Part shown: piece by piece, positions 1-8,221 of the stretch
How positions within the stretch are numbered: the first letter of the stretch is position 1
Layout: the number at the start of each line of letters is the position of its first letter
Source: Planctomycetota bacterium
GTDB lineage: Bacteria > Planctomycetota > J058
Direction of reading: 5' to 3'
Length of the DNA stretch: 64,000 nucleotides
Assembly (NCBI GenBank): GCA_041402045.1
Contig: JAWKSZ010000029.1
Span: 270-64,269, forward strand
Program-made: the position numbers and the translations under genes
Notes under the pieces: model-generated
Told to the model about the DNA's origin: nothing
What the model saw: only the letters and a program-made list of their open reading frames with translations
Databases searched by the model: none

Positions 1-558
1 GCGGGGGCCCAGGTTCAGGTCGCCGGCGAGCACGACCTTGCCCTGGAGGCCGTCGATCCAGGTCGCGAGCTCTTGGAAGTAGACCCGGCGCGGGGTGTAG
101 AAGCCGGCCGGCGCGTGGACGTTGACCAGGGTCCAGCCCGACTGGAACTGGAGCCCCAGCGCGCCGTAGCCCGCCGAGCTGCGGAACTCGAGGCGCTGCG
201 CGAGCTGCTCGCCCTTGTAGAAGGTCGCGACCAGCCGGCCGTCGTTGCGGCTGGGGTTGTTTTGGAAGGTCTCGAAGGCGTAGTCGTGGCCCTGGGCCAG
301 GAGCCCGTCCTTGAGCCGCTGCACCTGAGCGACGTCGCGCAGCTCCTGGAGCGTGACGGTGTCCGCCCCGTGCAGGGCCAGGCGCTCGACCACGCGGCCT
401 TCGCGGCGCTTGGGCAGGCGGAAGCTGAAGGGGTTGATCGTCCCCACGTTCCAAGTCATGTGGCGGCGGTCGAGGGTCTGCGCCTGACCGGTCCCTGCGG
501 TGAGGACCAGCGCGAACAGCAACGCCCCGACCCACCGCCTCCCGAGGGAGGTCTGCAT
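1..558 (-). CDS. Secreted endonuclease/exonuclease/phosphatase (EEP) family protein, 3' end outside window
   Basis: Not in the ORF track (runs off the edge). Manual translation from ATG 558: MQTSLGRRWVGALLFALVLTAGTGQAQ signal peptide, then EEP motifs MTWNV, TLQE, VNVHAP, LAGDLN. Confidence 0.8.
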   Translation of the reverse strand, partial: MQTSLGRRWVGALLFALVLTAGTGQAQTLDRRHMTWNVGTINPFSFRLPKRREGRVVERLALHGADTVTLQELRDVAQVQRLKDGLLAQGHDYAFETFQNNPSRNDGRLVATFYKGEQLAQRLEFRSSAGYGALGLQFQSGWTLVNVHAPAGFYTPRRVYFQELATWIDGLQGKVVLAGDLNLGPR

Positions 559-706
559 GGGCCTATCTTTCTCTCGGCGCGGCGTAGTGCACATGCCTGG
601 CCAGGCGTAAGTGCTTACGCGGAGGCGGGCCGAGCCCGACGGATGCGAGATCTGGGATTCGGGTTCAGCCCGTGCGCCCGCTGCGTGCCGCGGCGGCGAC
701 ACGCTG

Positions 707-817
707 GTTTCAGGGGGCCTCTCCGAGGCCCCCTCGCCCTCGCAGCCAAGCGGCTCGGGCTCACACCCAACGGGCTCGCTGCGGCGGCCTTCGCCGCCTC
801 GCTGCGCGCTCGCAGCT
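707..817 (+). repeat. REP-like multi-hairpin element (single arm)
   Basis: GTTTCA-GGGGGCCTC-TCC-GAGGCCCCC-TCGCCCTCG...CTCGGGCTCACACCCAACGGGCTCGC; homologous to arms at 21687, 22055 (rc) and 55892. Confidence 0.75.
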
Positions 818-886
818 CCGCGGGTCGGGCGGTGCACGTCCCTCGGTCCCTGGGAGCCTGTCCGGGGCTCGGCCTAGAATTCGCGA

Positions 887-2677
887 GTGACCATCGCCAG
901 CGAAGCCCAGACCCGTCCCCGGATCCACGCGCTCACGCCCTCGCTGATCAATCAGATCGCGGCCGGTGAGGTCGTCGAGCGCCCGGCCTCGGTGGTCAAG
1001 GAGCTGCTGGAGAACGCCCTCGACGCCGGCAGCACCCGGGTGACCCTCGAGCTCGAGGCCGGGGGCCTGCGCCTGATCCGGATCACCGACGACGGCAACG
1101 GGGTGGTCAAGGACGACCTGCGGCTCGCCGTTCAGAGCCACGCCACGAGCAAGCTGCGGCGCACCGAGGACCTGTTCGCGATCCGCTCGCTGGGCTTCCG
1201 CGGGGAGGCCCTGGCGAGCATCGCGGCGGTCAGCAAGTTCACGATCACCAGCCGCCCGCCCGAGGAGCCCGACGGCGCGCAGCTCGTGGTCGACGGCGGC
1301 GCGATAGGCCGGGTGCGCACCGTCGGCGCGCCCCTGGGCACCCAGATCGAGGTCGGGGACCTGTTCTTCAACGTGCCCGCGCGCCGCGGGTTCCTGCGCA
1401 CCGAGCGCAGCGAGCTGCGCGCGATCCTGAACGAGGTGCGGCAGCAGGCGCTCTGCCGCCCGGACCTCACGATCCGCGTCGAGCACGAGGGCAAGACCGT
1501 GCTCGAGGCGGTGGCCGAGGACGAACCCCGCGAGCGGATCGCGCAGCTCCTGGGGCGCGACCTGGCCGAGGCGCTGATCGCGCTGCCCCTGACCGAGGGC
1601 GCCGCCGGCAAGCTCCGCGGCTACGTCTCGCCGTGCGACCTCTCCCGCGGCGACTCGCGCCAGCAGTTCTTCTTCCTCAACGGGCGCGCGGTGCGCGACG
1701 TGACCTTGCTCACCGCGATCAAGACCGCCTACTCGAACCTCCTGCCGCCGCGGCGGCACCCGACCGCGCTGTTGTGGCTCGACCTGCCCCCGGCGGAGGT
1801 CGACGTCAACGTGCACCCGCAGAAGACCGAGGTCCGCTTCCGCCGAGACCGCGAGCTGTTCCGCCTGGTGCAGCGCACGATCGCCGACGTCCTGCGCGAG
1901 GAGGGGCTGACCCGCGAGTTCCACCTCAACCGCCGCGGGCTCGACGTCCTGGGGCCGCGCCCGGCGGAGCCCGTCGAGCTGCGGGTCGCGGGCTCGCGGG
2001 AGCTGGGGCTCGTGCCCTCGCCCTTCGCGCAGAACGTGGGCTTCGCGGGAGGCGACGCGCCTCCGCCGTCCGCGCCCGAGCAGCAGGCGTTCGTCGAGGC
2101 CAGCGGGCGCTTCCTCCAGGTCCACGACAGCTACGTCGTCGAGCAGACGCCGCGCGGGATCCGCCTGCTCGACCCCCACGCGCTGCACGAGCGGATCCTC
2201 TACGAGGAGATCCGCGAGCGCCTCGAGCGCGACGGCCTCGAGAGCCAGCGCTTCCTGTTCCCGCAGCTGATCGACGTGGGGCCCGTCGAGCTGGCCGCGC
2301 TGGAGGACGCCCAGGGCGAGCTCGTGCGCCTGGGCTTCGAGGTCACGCCCTTCGGCGAGGGGACCCTGGCCGTGCACGCGGCGCCGCGCATGCTCAAGGC
2401 GACCCGGGTCCAGGACACGGTCAAGCGGCTGTTGAGCGAGGAGGTGAACCTCCACGACGAAGAGCCGGGCGGGCTCCTGCACCAGCTCGCGGCGACCCTC
2501 GCCTGTCGCAGCGCGGTGCGCTTCGGCGAGCCGCTCTCCGACGATCAGATCCGGGCCTTGCTCGCGCGGCGCGACAGCGTCGAGCGCGGGCACTGCTGCC
2601 CCCACGGGCGGCCGACGACGCTGACGCTGACCCTGGACGAGCTCGGGCGCCGCTTCCGCCGCCAGAGCGACGGCTGA
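887..2677 (+). CDS. mutL: DNA mismatch repair endonuclease MutL
   Basis: NQIAAGEVVERPASVVKELLENALDAG, HATSK, SLGFRGEALASI (GHKL ATPase); DVNVHPQKTEVRF; C-terminal DPHALHERILYE, ACR, CPHGRP endonuclease motifs. Confidence 0.97.
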   Translation: MTIASEAQTRPRIHALTPSLINQIAAGEVVERPASVVKELLENALDAGSTRVTLELEAGGLRLIRITDDGNGVVKDDLRLAVQSHATSKLRRTEDLFAIRSLGFRGEALASIAAVSKFTITSRPPEEPDGAQLVVDGGAIGRVRTVGAPLGTQIEVGDLFFNVPARRGFLRTERSELRAILNEVRQQALCRPDLTIRVEHEGKTVLEAVAEDEPRERIAQLLGRDLAEALIALPLTEGAAGKLRGYVSPCDLSRGDSRQQFFFLNGRAVRDVTLLTAIKTAYSNLLPPRRHPTALLWLDLPPAEVDVNVHPQKTEVRFRRDRELFRLVQRTIADVLREEGLTREFHLNRRGLDVLGPRPAEPVELRVAGSRELGLVPSPFAQNVGFAGGDAPPPSAPEQQAFVEASGRFLQVHDSYVVEQTPRGIRLLDPHALHERILYEEIRERLERDGLESQRFLFPQLIDVGPVELAALEDAQGELVRLGFEVTPFGEGTLAVHAAPRMLKATRVQDTVKRLLSEEVNLHDEEPGGLLHQLAATLACRSAVRFGEPLSDDQIRALLARRDSVERGHCCPHGRPTTLTLTLDELGRRFRRQSDG

Positions 2678-2716
2678 GGGCAGCGCCGAACCCCTTCTCC
2701 GTGAACGTGTTCTACG

Positions 2717-2769
2717 TTCCGGATCGATCGATCTGAAATCCTGCTTGTGTTTTGGACTGACTGGTTCAA
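2717..2769. promoter_or_regulatory. Two palindromes upstream of the SDR gene, putative TetR operators
   Basis: TTCCGGATCGATCGATCTGAA (2717-2737) and TTGGACT-GACT-GGTTCAA (2752-2769; resembles the NemR-type box TAGACC-N4-GGTCTA) in an AT-richer island; the next gene but one is a TetR. Confidence 0.5.
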
Positions 2770-2802
2770 TACTCCGAGGCACACCCACCGAAGGAGTTCG
2801 TC

Positions 2803-3537
2803 ATGAGCACGCTTCAAGACACCGTCGCCTTGATCACGGGGGGCGGCACCGGGATCGGGCGCGCGATCGCGCTGGCGCTGCGCGCCCAGGGCGCGAAGGT
2901 CGTCGTCGTCGGCCGCCGAGAGCCGCCGCTCGCGGCCCTCGCCAAGGAGGACCCGGAGATCGCCTACACCACCGCCGACGTCACCCGCTCCGAGGAGGTG
3001 CGCGCGGCCGTGGCCTTCACGATCGAGCGCTTCGGGCGGCTGGACCTCCTGGTCAACAACGCCGGCGTCGGGCTGGCGAAGCCGCTGATCGAGACCAGCG
3101 ACGAGGAGATCGATCAGGTCCTGCGCGTGAACGTGGGCGGCACCCTGCTCGCGGCGCGTGAGGCGCTGCCCGAGCTCGTGAAGCGCCGCGGGGCGATCGT
3201 GAACGTGGGCTCGGTCGTGGCCCAGGGCGTCGTGCCCGGCATGGCCACCTATTCGGCGAGCAAGGCCGCCGTCGCGCACCTGACTCGCGTGCTCGCGGCG
3301 GAGGTCGGCCCCAGCGGAGTCCGCGTGAACGCCGTCGCGCCGGGGTTGACCCGCACGGACATGGCCGCGGACTTCATTGACGACGCCCAGACCCGGGACG
3401 CCATGGTCGGTCAGACCCCGCTGCGGCGGGTCGGAGAGCCCCAGGACGTGGCTGAGGTCGTGGCCTTCCTCGCGGGCCCCGGGGCCTCCTGGGTCACCGG
3501 GCAGGTGCTCGCGGCGTCGGGCGGGCTCATGAACTAG
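2803..3537 (+). CDS. Short-chain dehydrogenase/reductase (SDR)
   Basis: TGGGTGIG, LVNNAG, YSASK catalytic motif, RVNAVAPG; RBS AAGGAG. Confidence 0.95.
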   Translation: MSTLQDTVALITGGGTGIGRAIALALRAQGAKVVVVGRREPPLAALAKEDPEIAYTTADVTRSEEVRAAVAFTIERFGRLDLLVNNAGVGLAKPLIETSDEEIDQVLRVNVGGTLLAAREALPELVKRRGAIVNVGSVVAQGVVPGMATYSASKAAVAHLTRVLAAEVGPSGVRVNAVAPGLTRTDMAADFIDDAQTRDAMVGQTPLRRVGEPQDVAEVVAFLAGPGASWVTGQVLAASGGLMN

Positions 3538-3543
3538 TGGCTG

Positions 3544-3569
3544 GTGAGGCCGGCTAACGCTGGCCTCAC
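3544..3569 (+). terminator. GC-rich hairpin after SDR
   Basis: GTGAGGCCGGC-TAAC-GCTGGCCTCAC, 11-bp stem with one G-U pair; no U tract. Confidence 0.4.
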
Positions 3570-3622
3570 GCACTTACGTCGGAGCGGTTCACACGGCCGT
3601 CCCCTGCGGATAGGTTGAGGGC

Positions 3623-4204
3623 ATGGCGAGGCCCAAGGAGTTCGACCCTGCTCAGGCGTTGGAGCGCGCCATGGACGTGTTCTGGCGCAAGGGCTACGAC
3701 GCGACCTCGGTCCAGGACCTGGTCGAGGGCATGGGGATCAACCGCGCCAGCCTCTACGGCACCTTCGGCGACAAGCACTCGCTGTTCGTCGCCGCCCTCG
3801 ACCGCTACGCCGACTCCGCGGGGCGGGAGGTGATCGAGTGCCTCTCCCGCGAAGGCCCCGCGGACCAGGTGCTGGGTCAGACCTTGCGCCAGCTCGTGGC
3901 CTGGCAGGCGGAGAGCGGGCGCGGCTGCTTCATGACCAACGCCGCGGTCGAGCTCTGCCAGCGCTGCCCCGAGACCGCGTCGAAGGTGCAGGCCAGCCTC
4001 GAGCGGCTGCGTGAGGCCTTCGAGGTCCTCGTCGCGCGCGGGCAGGCCGAGGGCAGCTTCGCCGCGCGCCGCAGCCCCGAGGCCCTGGCGCACTACCTGT
4101 GCGGCGTCATGCAGGGGCTGATCGTGCTCGGCAAATCGCGCCAGCCCCAGGGCGTGCTCGAGCAGGCCGCCGACGTGGCCCTGGACGCCCTCCGCGGCGT
4201 GTAA
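3623..4204 (+). CDS. TetR/AcrR family regulator (NemR/ComR-like)
   Basis: MARPKEFD...AMDVFWRKGYDATSVQDLVEGMGINRASLYGTFGDKHSLF HTH; GCFMTN in the C-terminal domain. Confidence 0.95.
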   Translation: MARPKEFDPAQALERAMDVFWRKGYDATSVQDLVEGMGINRASLYGTFGDKHSLFVAALDRYADSAGREVIECLSREGPADQVLGQTLRQLVAWQAESGRGCFMTNAAVELCQRCPETASKVQASLERLREAFEVLVARGQAEGSFAARRSPEALAHYLCGVMQGLIVLGKSRQPQGVLEQAADVALDALRGV

Positions 4205-4260
4205 AAACAACCGCCCTAACGGCTTCCAGCTCCCGGCCGGGACCGTATAGTGTGCGAATC

Positions 4261-6833
4261 ATGGCTCTTACGCGCCGAACCCGCCTGGTGCTGTTCACCC
4301 TGCTCAGCCTGGTGCTGTTGGGGGTGGTCGTCTACGTCACGGGCCCGGAGAGCTCGGGTGGGCTCGGGGCGATCACGATCAAGCTCACGACCCCCGGCCC
4401 GCTGTCCCTGGCGCACGCGCCCATGGACGTCCAGGAGCAGTGCAGCGACTGCCACGAGCAGGCCGGCGGTCTGACCGGCGGTCTGTTGACGCCGGACCAG
4501 AAGTGCCGTGACTGCCACGTGGCCCTCGACGAGCGGATCCAGGCCGAGCGCGGGTTCCACGCCAAGATCGTGAAGGCCTTCGAGGGCGAGGGCGACACCT
4601 GCCGGCGTTGCCACGCCGAGCACCTGGGCAAGGACGTCCCGGTGGTCGTATGGACCACGGCCGAGGAGCCGTTCAAGCCCGCGGGGCGTGAGGACGCGAC
4701 GCAGAAGGACTTCCCCCACGAGGTGGCGACGGGCTTCGCGCTGAACGGCGCCCACAAGACGATCGAGTGCGAGGACTGCCACAAGCTCGCGCTGGTGAGC
4801 GACGACCCCACGGGGAAGGTCCAGGAGACGTTCCAGTCGGAGGCCGGCGAGTTCACCAGCTTCCTCGGCCTCTCCAAGACCTGCGCCGACTGCCACCAGG
4901 ACCCCCACGTCCCCAGCCAGGGCGCGGACTGCGCCAAGTGCCACTCCGAGGCGAAGTGGGACGAGCTCCCCGAGTTCGACCACGACCAGACGCGCTTCGC
5001 GCTCAACGGCGCCCACGAGACCGTGGACTGCGAGAAGTGCCACCTGGCGACGGGCGCGGATCCCCCGGCCCCGCCGCCCCCGCGGGCCTGCCCAACTTCC
5101 AGGCGATCGTGGCGGACTCGAAGCCGCGGGTGTTCCGCGGGGTGGGCTTCGGCACCGTGCGCGGGCACGAGGTCCAGGGCGAGGAGCTCCCGGACTGCAA
5201 GGCCTGCCACGAGAACCCGCACCGCGACACCGAGGCGTTCCTCGAGTGCAAGAGCTGCCACAACGAGACCAAGTTCGCGCCCATGGACGACCGCGCGAGC
5301 TTCGACCACGCGCCGTTCTATCCCCTGGAGGGCGCCCACGAGACCAAGGCCACCTGCGTCGGCTGCCACGGTGAGAAGGAGGGCGAGCGCGGGCCGCTGC
5401 TCCTGCCCAAGCGCGAGACCTGCCGCGAGTGCCACCAGGAGGACTACGACGAGTATCACGCGGGCAGCTTCGACCGCGAGCTGGAGGTCGCCTTCCGCGC
5501 CGACAGCGAGGGCTGCGCCCAGTGCCACGACGTGAAGAGCTTCAAGGAGTCGACCTACTCCCTCGAGGATCACACGCCTCAGGCGAAGCCCCCGGTGGCG
5601 ATCCCCCTGGCCGGCTCCCACGAGATCCGCTGCGAGTATTGCCACGGCACCGGCCGCGCTCAGCTCGAGCCTCTGGCCGCGGTGCGCGAGGGGCGCAAGA
5701 ACTTCACCAAGGACCGGCCCTTCCCCCGGCTCCCCGCTCAAGGCCGGTTCTCGATCGGGCAGCTCGAGAGCGACTGCGAGACGTGCCACGTCGACGTGCA
5801 CGAGGGCGCGCTCACGATCCCGGAGAAGGATCAGACCTGCGCCACCTGCCACTGGTTCGACGGCTGGCACGGGACCAAGACCGAGCCCCTGGACCGCGAC
5901 GGCCACGCGGCCCTGGGCTTCCCGATCCGGGGCAAGCACGACGAGATCTTCGACGACTGCCAGGCTTGCCACGGCGGCAAGACCCCGGAGGGCGCGCTGC
6001 GCGAGGTGGCGTTGGCGGAGATCAAGCAGAACCCCGCCGAGTCCTGCAACTACTGCCACCACGAGGTCGGCGAGGCGGCCCACCGGGGCACCCTGGGCAA
6101 GGACTGCGCGCGTTGCCACAACGAGCGCGAGTGGGATCCTGCCGAGTACACCTTCGAAGAGCACCAGCAGACGCGCTTCCCCCTCACGGACGCCCACGCC
6201 GCGGTGCCCTGCCAGGTGTGTCACGAGCCCCAGACGCTCCCCGCGGCCCAGCAGCCGGTCGCCGGTCAGACGATCCACTTCCACCCGCACACGTTCGAGG
6301 CGGACCCCCTGCGGTGCACCACTTGCCACCAGGAGGACTCCCCCCACGGACGGCAGTTCCAGCGCCAGGACTGCGATCGCTGCCACACCACCGAGAGCTA
6401 CTTGCCCTCGACCTACGACAAGCAGCGGCACCTCACCGACGCGCGCTTCCCCCTGGAGGACAAGCACGACACGGCGTGCACGCACTGCCACCAGCCGCCG
6501 GCCGGTCGCCCCCCCAAGAACGCGATCTACGAGGACACGCCCCGCGCCTGCGCCCTCTGCCACGAGGACTTCCACCTGGGGCAGTTCTTCATGAAGGGTC
6601 GTGAGGGCTGCTCGGTGTGCCACACGATCCAGAACTGGGAGCCCTCCCGCTTCGACCACGACAAGGCGCGCTTCCAGCTCAAGGGCGCGCACGAGACCCT
6701 CGCCTGCGAGGCGTGTCACCCCAAGATCTCGCGCACCTTCGACGGCGAGACCAAGGAGACCCCGCACTTCTTCCCCATGGAGGCGCGGGCCTGTCAGGAC
6801 TGCCACCAGAACCCCCACGGCGGCGCGAAGTAG
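4261..6833 (+). CDS. Multiheme cytochrome c, 26 CxxCH motifs, N-terminal TM/signal; split by a 1-nt frameshift at about 5062-5082
   Basis: 7 CxxCH in the first frame (ATG 4261) plus 19 in the frame ending 6833; repeated F-x-L-x-G-x-H-x(3-5)-CxxCH units; adding one C to a C5 run fuses them into about 857 aa. Confidence 0.9.
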
Positions 6834-6843
6834 TCGCGAGCCG

Positions 6844-6937
6844 CTGGGAGTAGGGTTTTCGACACGACTGGGAGTAGGGTTTTCGACACGACTGGGAGTA
6901 GGGTTCTCGACACGACTGGGAGTAGGGTTCGACACGA
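6844..6937 (+). repeat. 24-nt tandem repeat x4 containing GTAG
   Basis: CTGGGAGTAGGGTTTTCGACACGA at 6844 and 6868, a 1-nt variant at 6892 and a 22-nt variant at 6916; no spacers. Confidence 0.95.
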
Positions 6938-7115
6938 CCCGTTCGCGCCGCGCCGAAAGACCCGCCGTGCCCGCCGCTCGCCGACTCCGCCGACTTCGCC
7001 CGTTCGGCCTGCGATTTGCCCCTCCGGCCAGGACCCGGCCGAACCTCCGGCCACGCAGGCTTTGCGGAGTGTGGGCGGAAGCCGCGCGAAAACGTGCGCA
7101 TGCATGCAGGGCCCT

Positions 7116-8075
7116 CTAGGCGCTAGGGTGCGCAAGAACCAGGGCGCCGTAGCGCTGGCCGAGCAGCCACGGAAGCCCGGCAGGAGGGCGACCCGCGGGT
7201 CCTCGAGGCCAGGAGTCGCGCGCTTGCACGTAGTCGCGACGCCAGGCGGTGCGCTCCTCGCGCCGCGCGCGCACTCCTCGCGCGTGCCGAGACCGGCGAG
7301 GGCCGCTCGCCGCGAGGGCGGTAGGGCTCGGGCGTCGGGGGCGGGGACAAGGGGATCCGCGGTGAGGATCCGGCGGGCGCCGAGGAACGGACGCCCCTTC
7401 CGCTCGGCGAGGATCTCCGCGAGCCTGGCGTCGACGGCGGCCTGATAGACCCGGCGGTAGGCGGCGGAGTCCATGCCCTCGGGCAGGAGGTGCGTGGGCG
7501 GCATGGTCAGGGTCAGCTCGACGTCGTCGGGAGGGTGGAGTCCTCGGGGAGGGCGGTCGGGTCGCCGCCGCGGCGGTTGCCGCCGAAGAGGCCGTGGCGG
7601 GCTTGTGGGCGCGGAAGGTGCAGCCGACCTGGTCGGGGCGGGTGAGGAAGCCGGGGTAGGCCTTGGGGGAGGAGACCAGGCCGTCCTTGACCGGGTTCAG
7701 GGTCACGTAGACCAGGGTGCGGAGCAGGGCGTCGAAGCCGATCAGCTCGACCTTCTCGTAGGAGCCAGGGCCCCAGAAGTGGCCCTTGACGCCGTGCTGG
7801 GCGTTGAGGGCGCGGGCGATCATGGAGTTCATGCGCTGCATGAAGTCCGGGTGGCGGCCGTTGGGGTCGGTGATCACCAGGTGGAAGTGGTTCGTAGAGA
7901 AGCAGGCCGCGTGGACCTCGATCCCGCACTCCTTGGCCGCGTGGAACAGGGCGAACTTGACGATCGAGGTGACCTTGGAGTCCGGGGTCAGGCGACGAAG
8001 CCGGCGATCGCAGCGGCGGGTGAGGTGGTAGGTCTTGCCCTGGGTGACCGGGTCGGCCCGGGTGGTGGGCGTGAG
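7116..8075 (-). mobile_element. Degenerate RAYT / IS200-like Y1 HUH transposase with several frameshifts
   Basis: KTYHLTRRC, ACFSTNHFHLVITD (HUH), FMQRMNSMIARALN, GHFW, LVYVTLNPVKDGLV; the C-terminal half is scattered over three frames (...GLFGG..., DDVELTLTMPP...AEILAER...ILTADP, AWRRDYVQARDSW); no clear start codon. Confidence 0.8.
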
Positions 8076-8221
8076 GGAATAGGAGCGAGGCGAGAGGACC
8101 AGCACGCGAGGGGCGTGAGCAAAGCGGGGGCCGGGGCCAGAACAGGGGACTTGGGCGGCGGGGTGTGTCCCGGGGGCGGGAGAGGGGCTCACCCGGGGTG
8201 AATCGGGTCACCTGGGGTGAG

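Noticed and set aside
73-969. 298-aa + strand ORF
   Set aside because: Antisense shadow of the EEP gene plus the repeat region; no motifs.
4332-6935. 867-aa - strand ORF starting with repeated NPTPSRVE
   Set aside because: Antisense to the cytochrome; the peptide repeat is just the 24-nt DNA array translated.
6844-6937. Possible CRISPR array
   Set aside because: Repeats are contiguous with no unique spacers and there are no cas genes.
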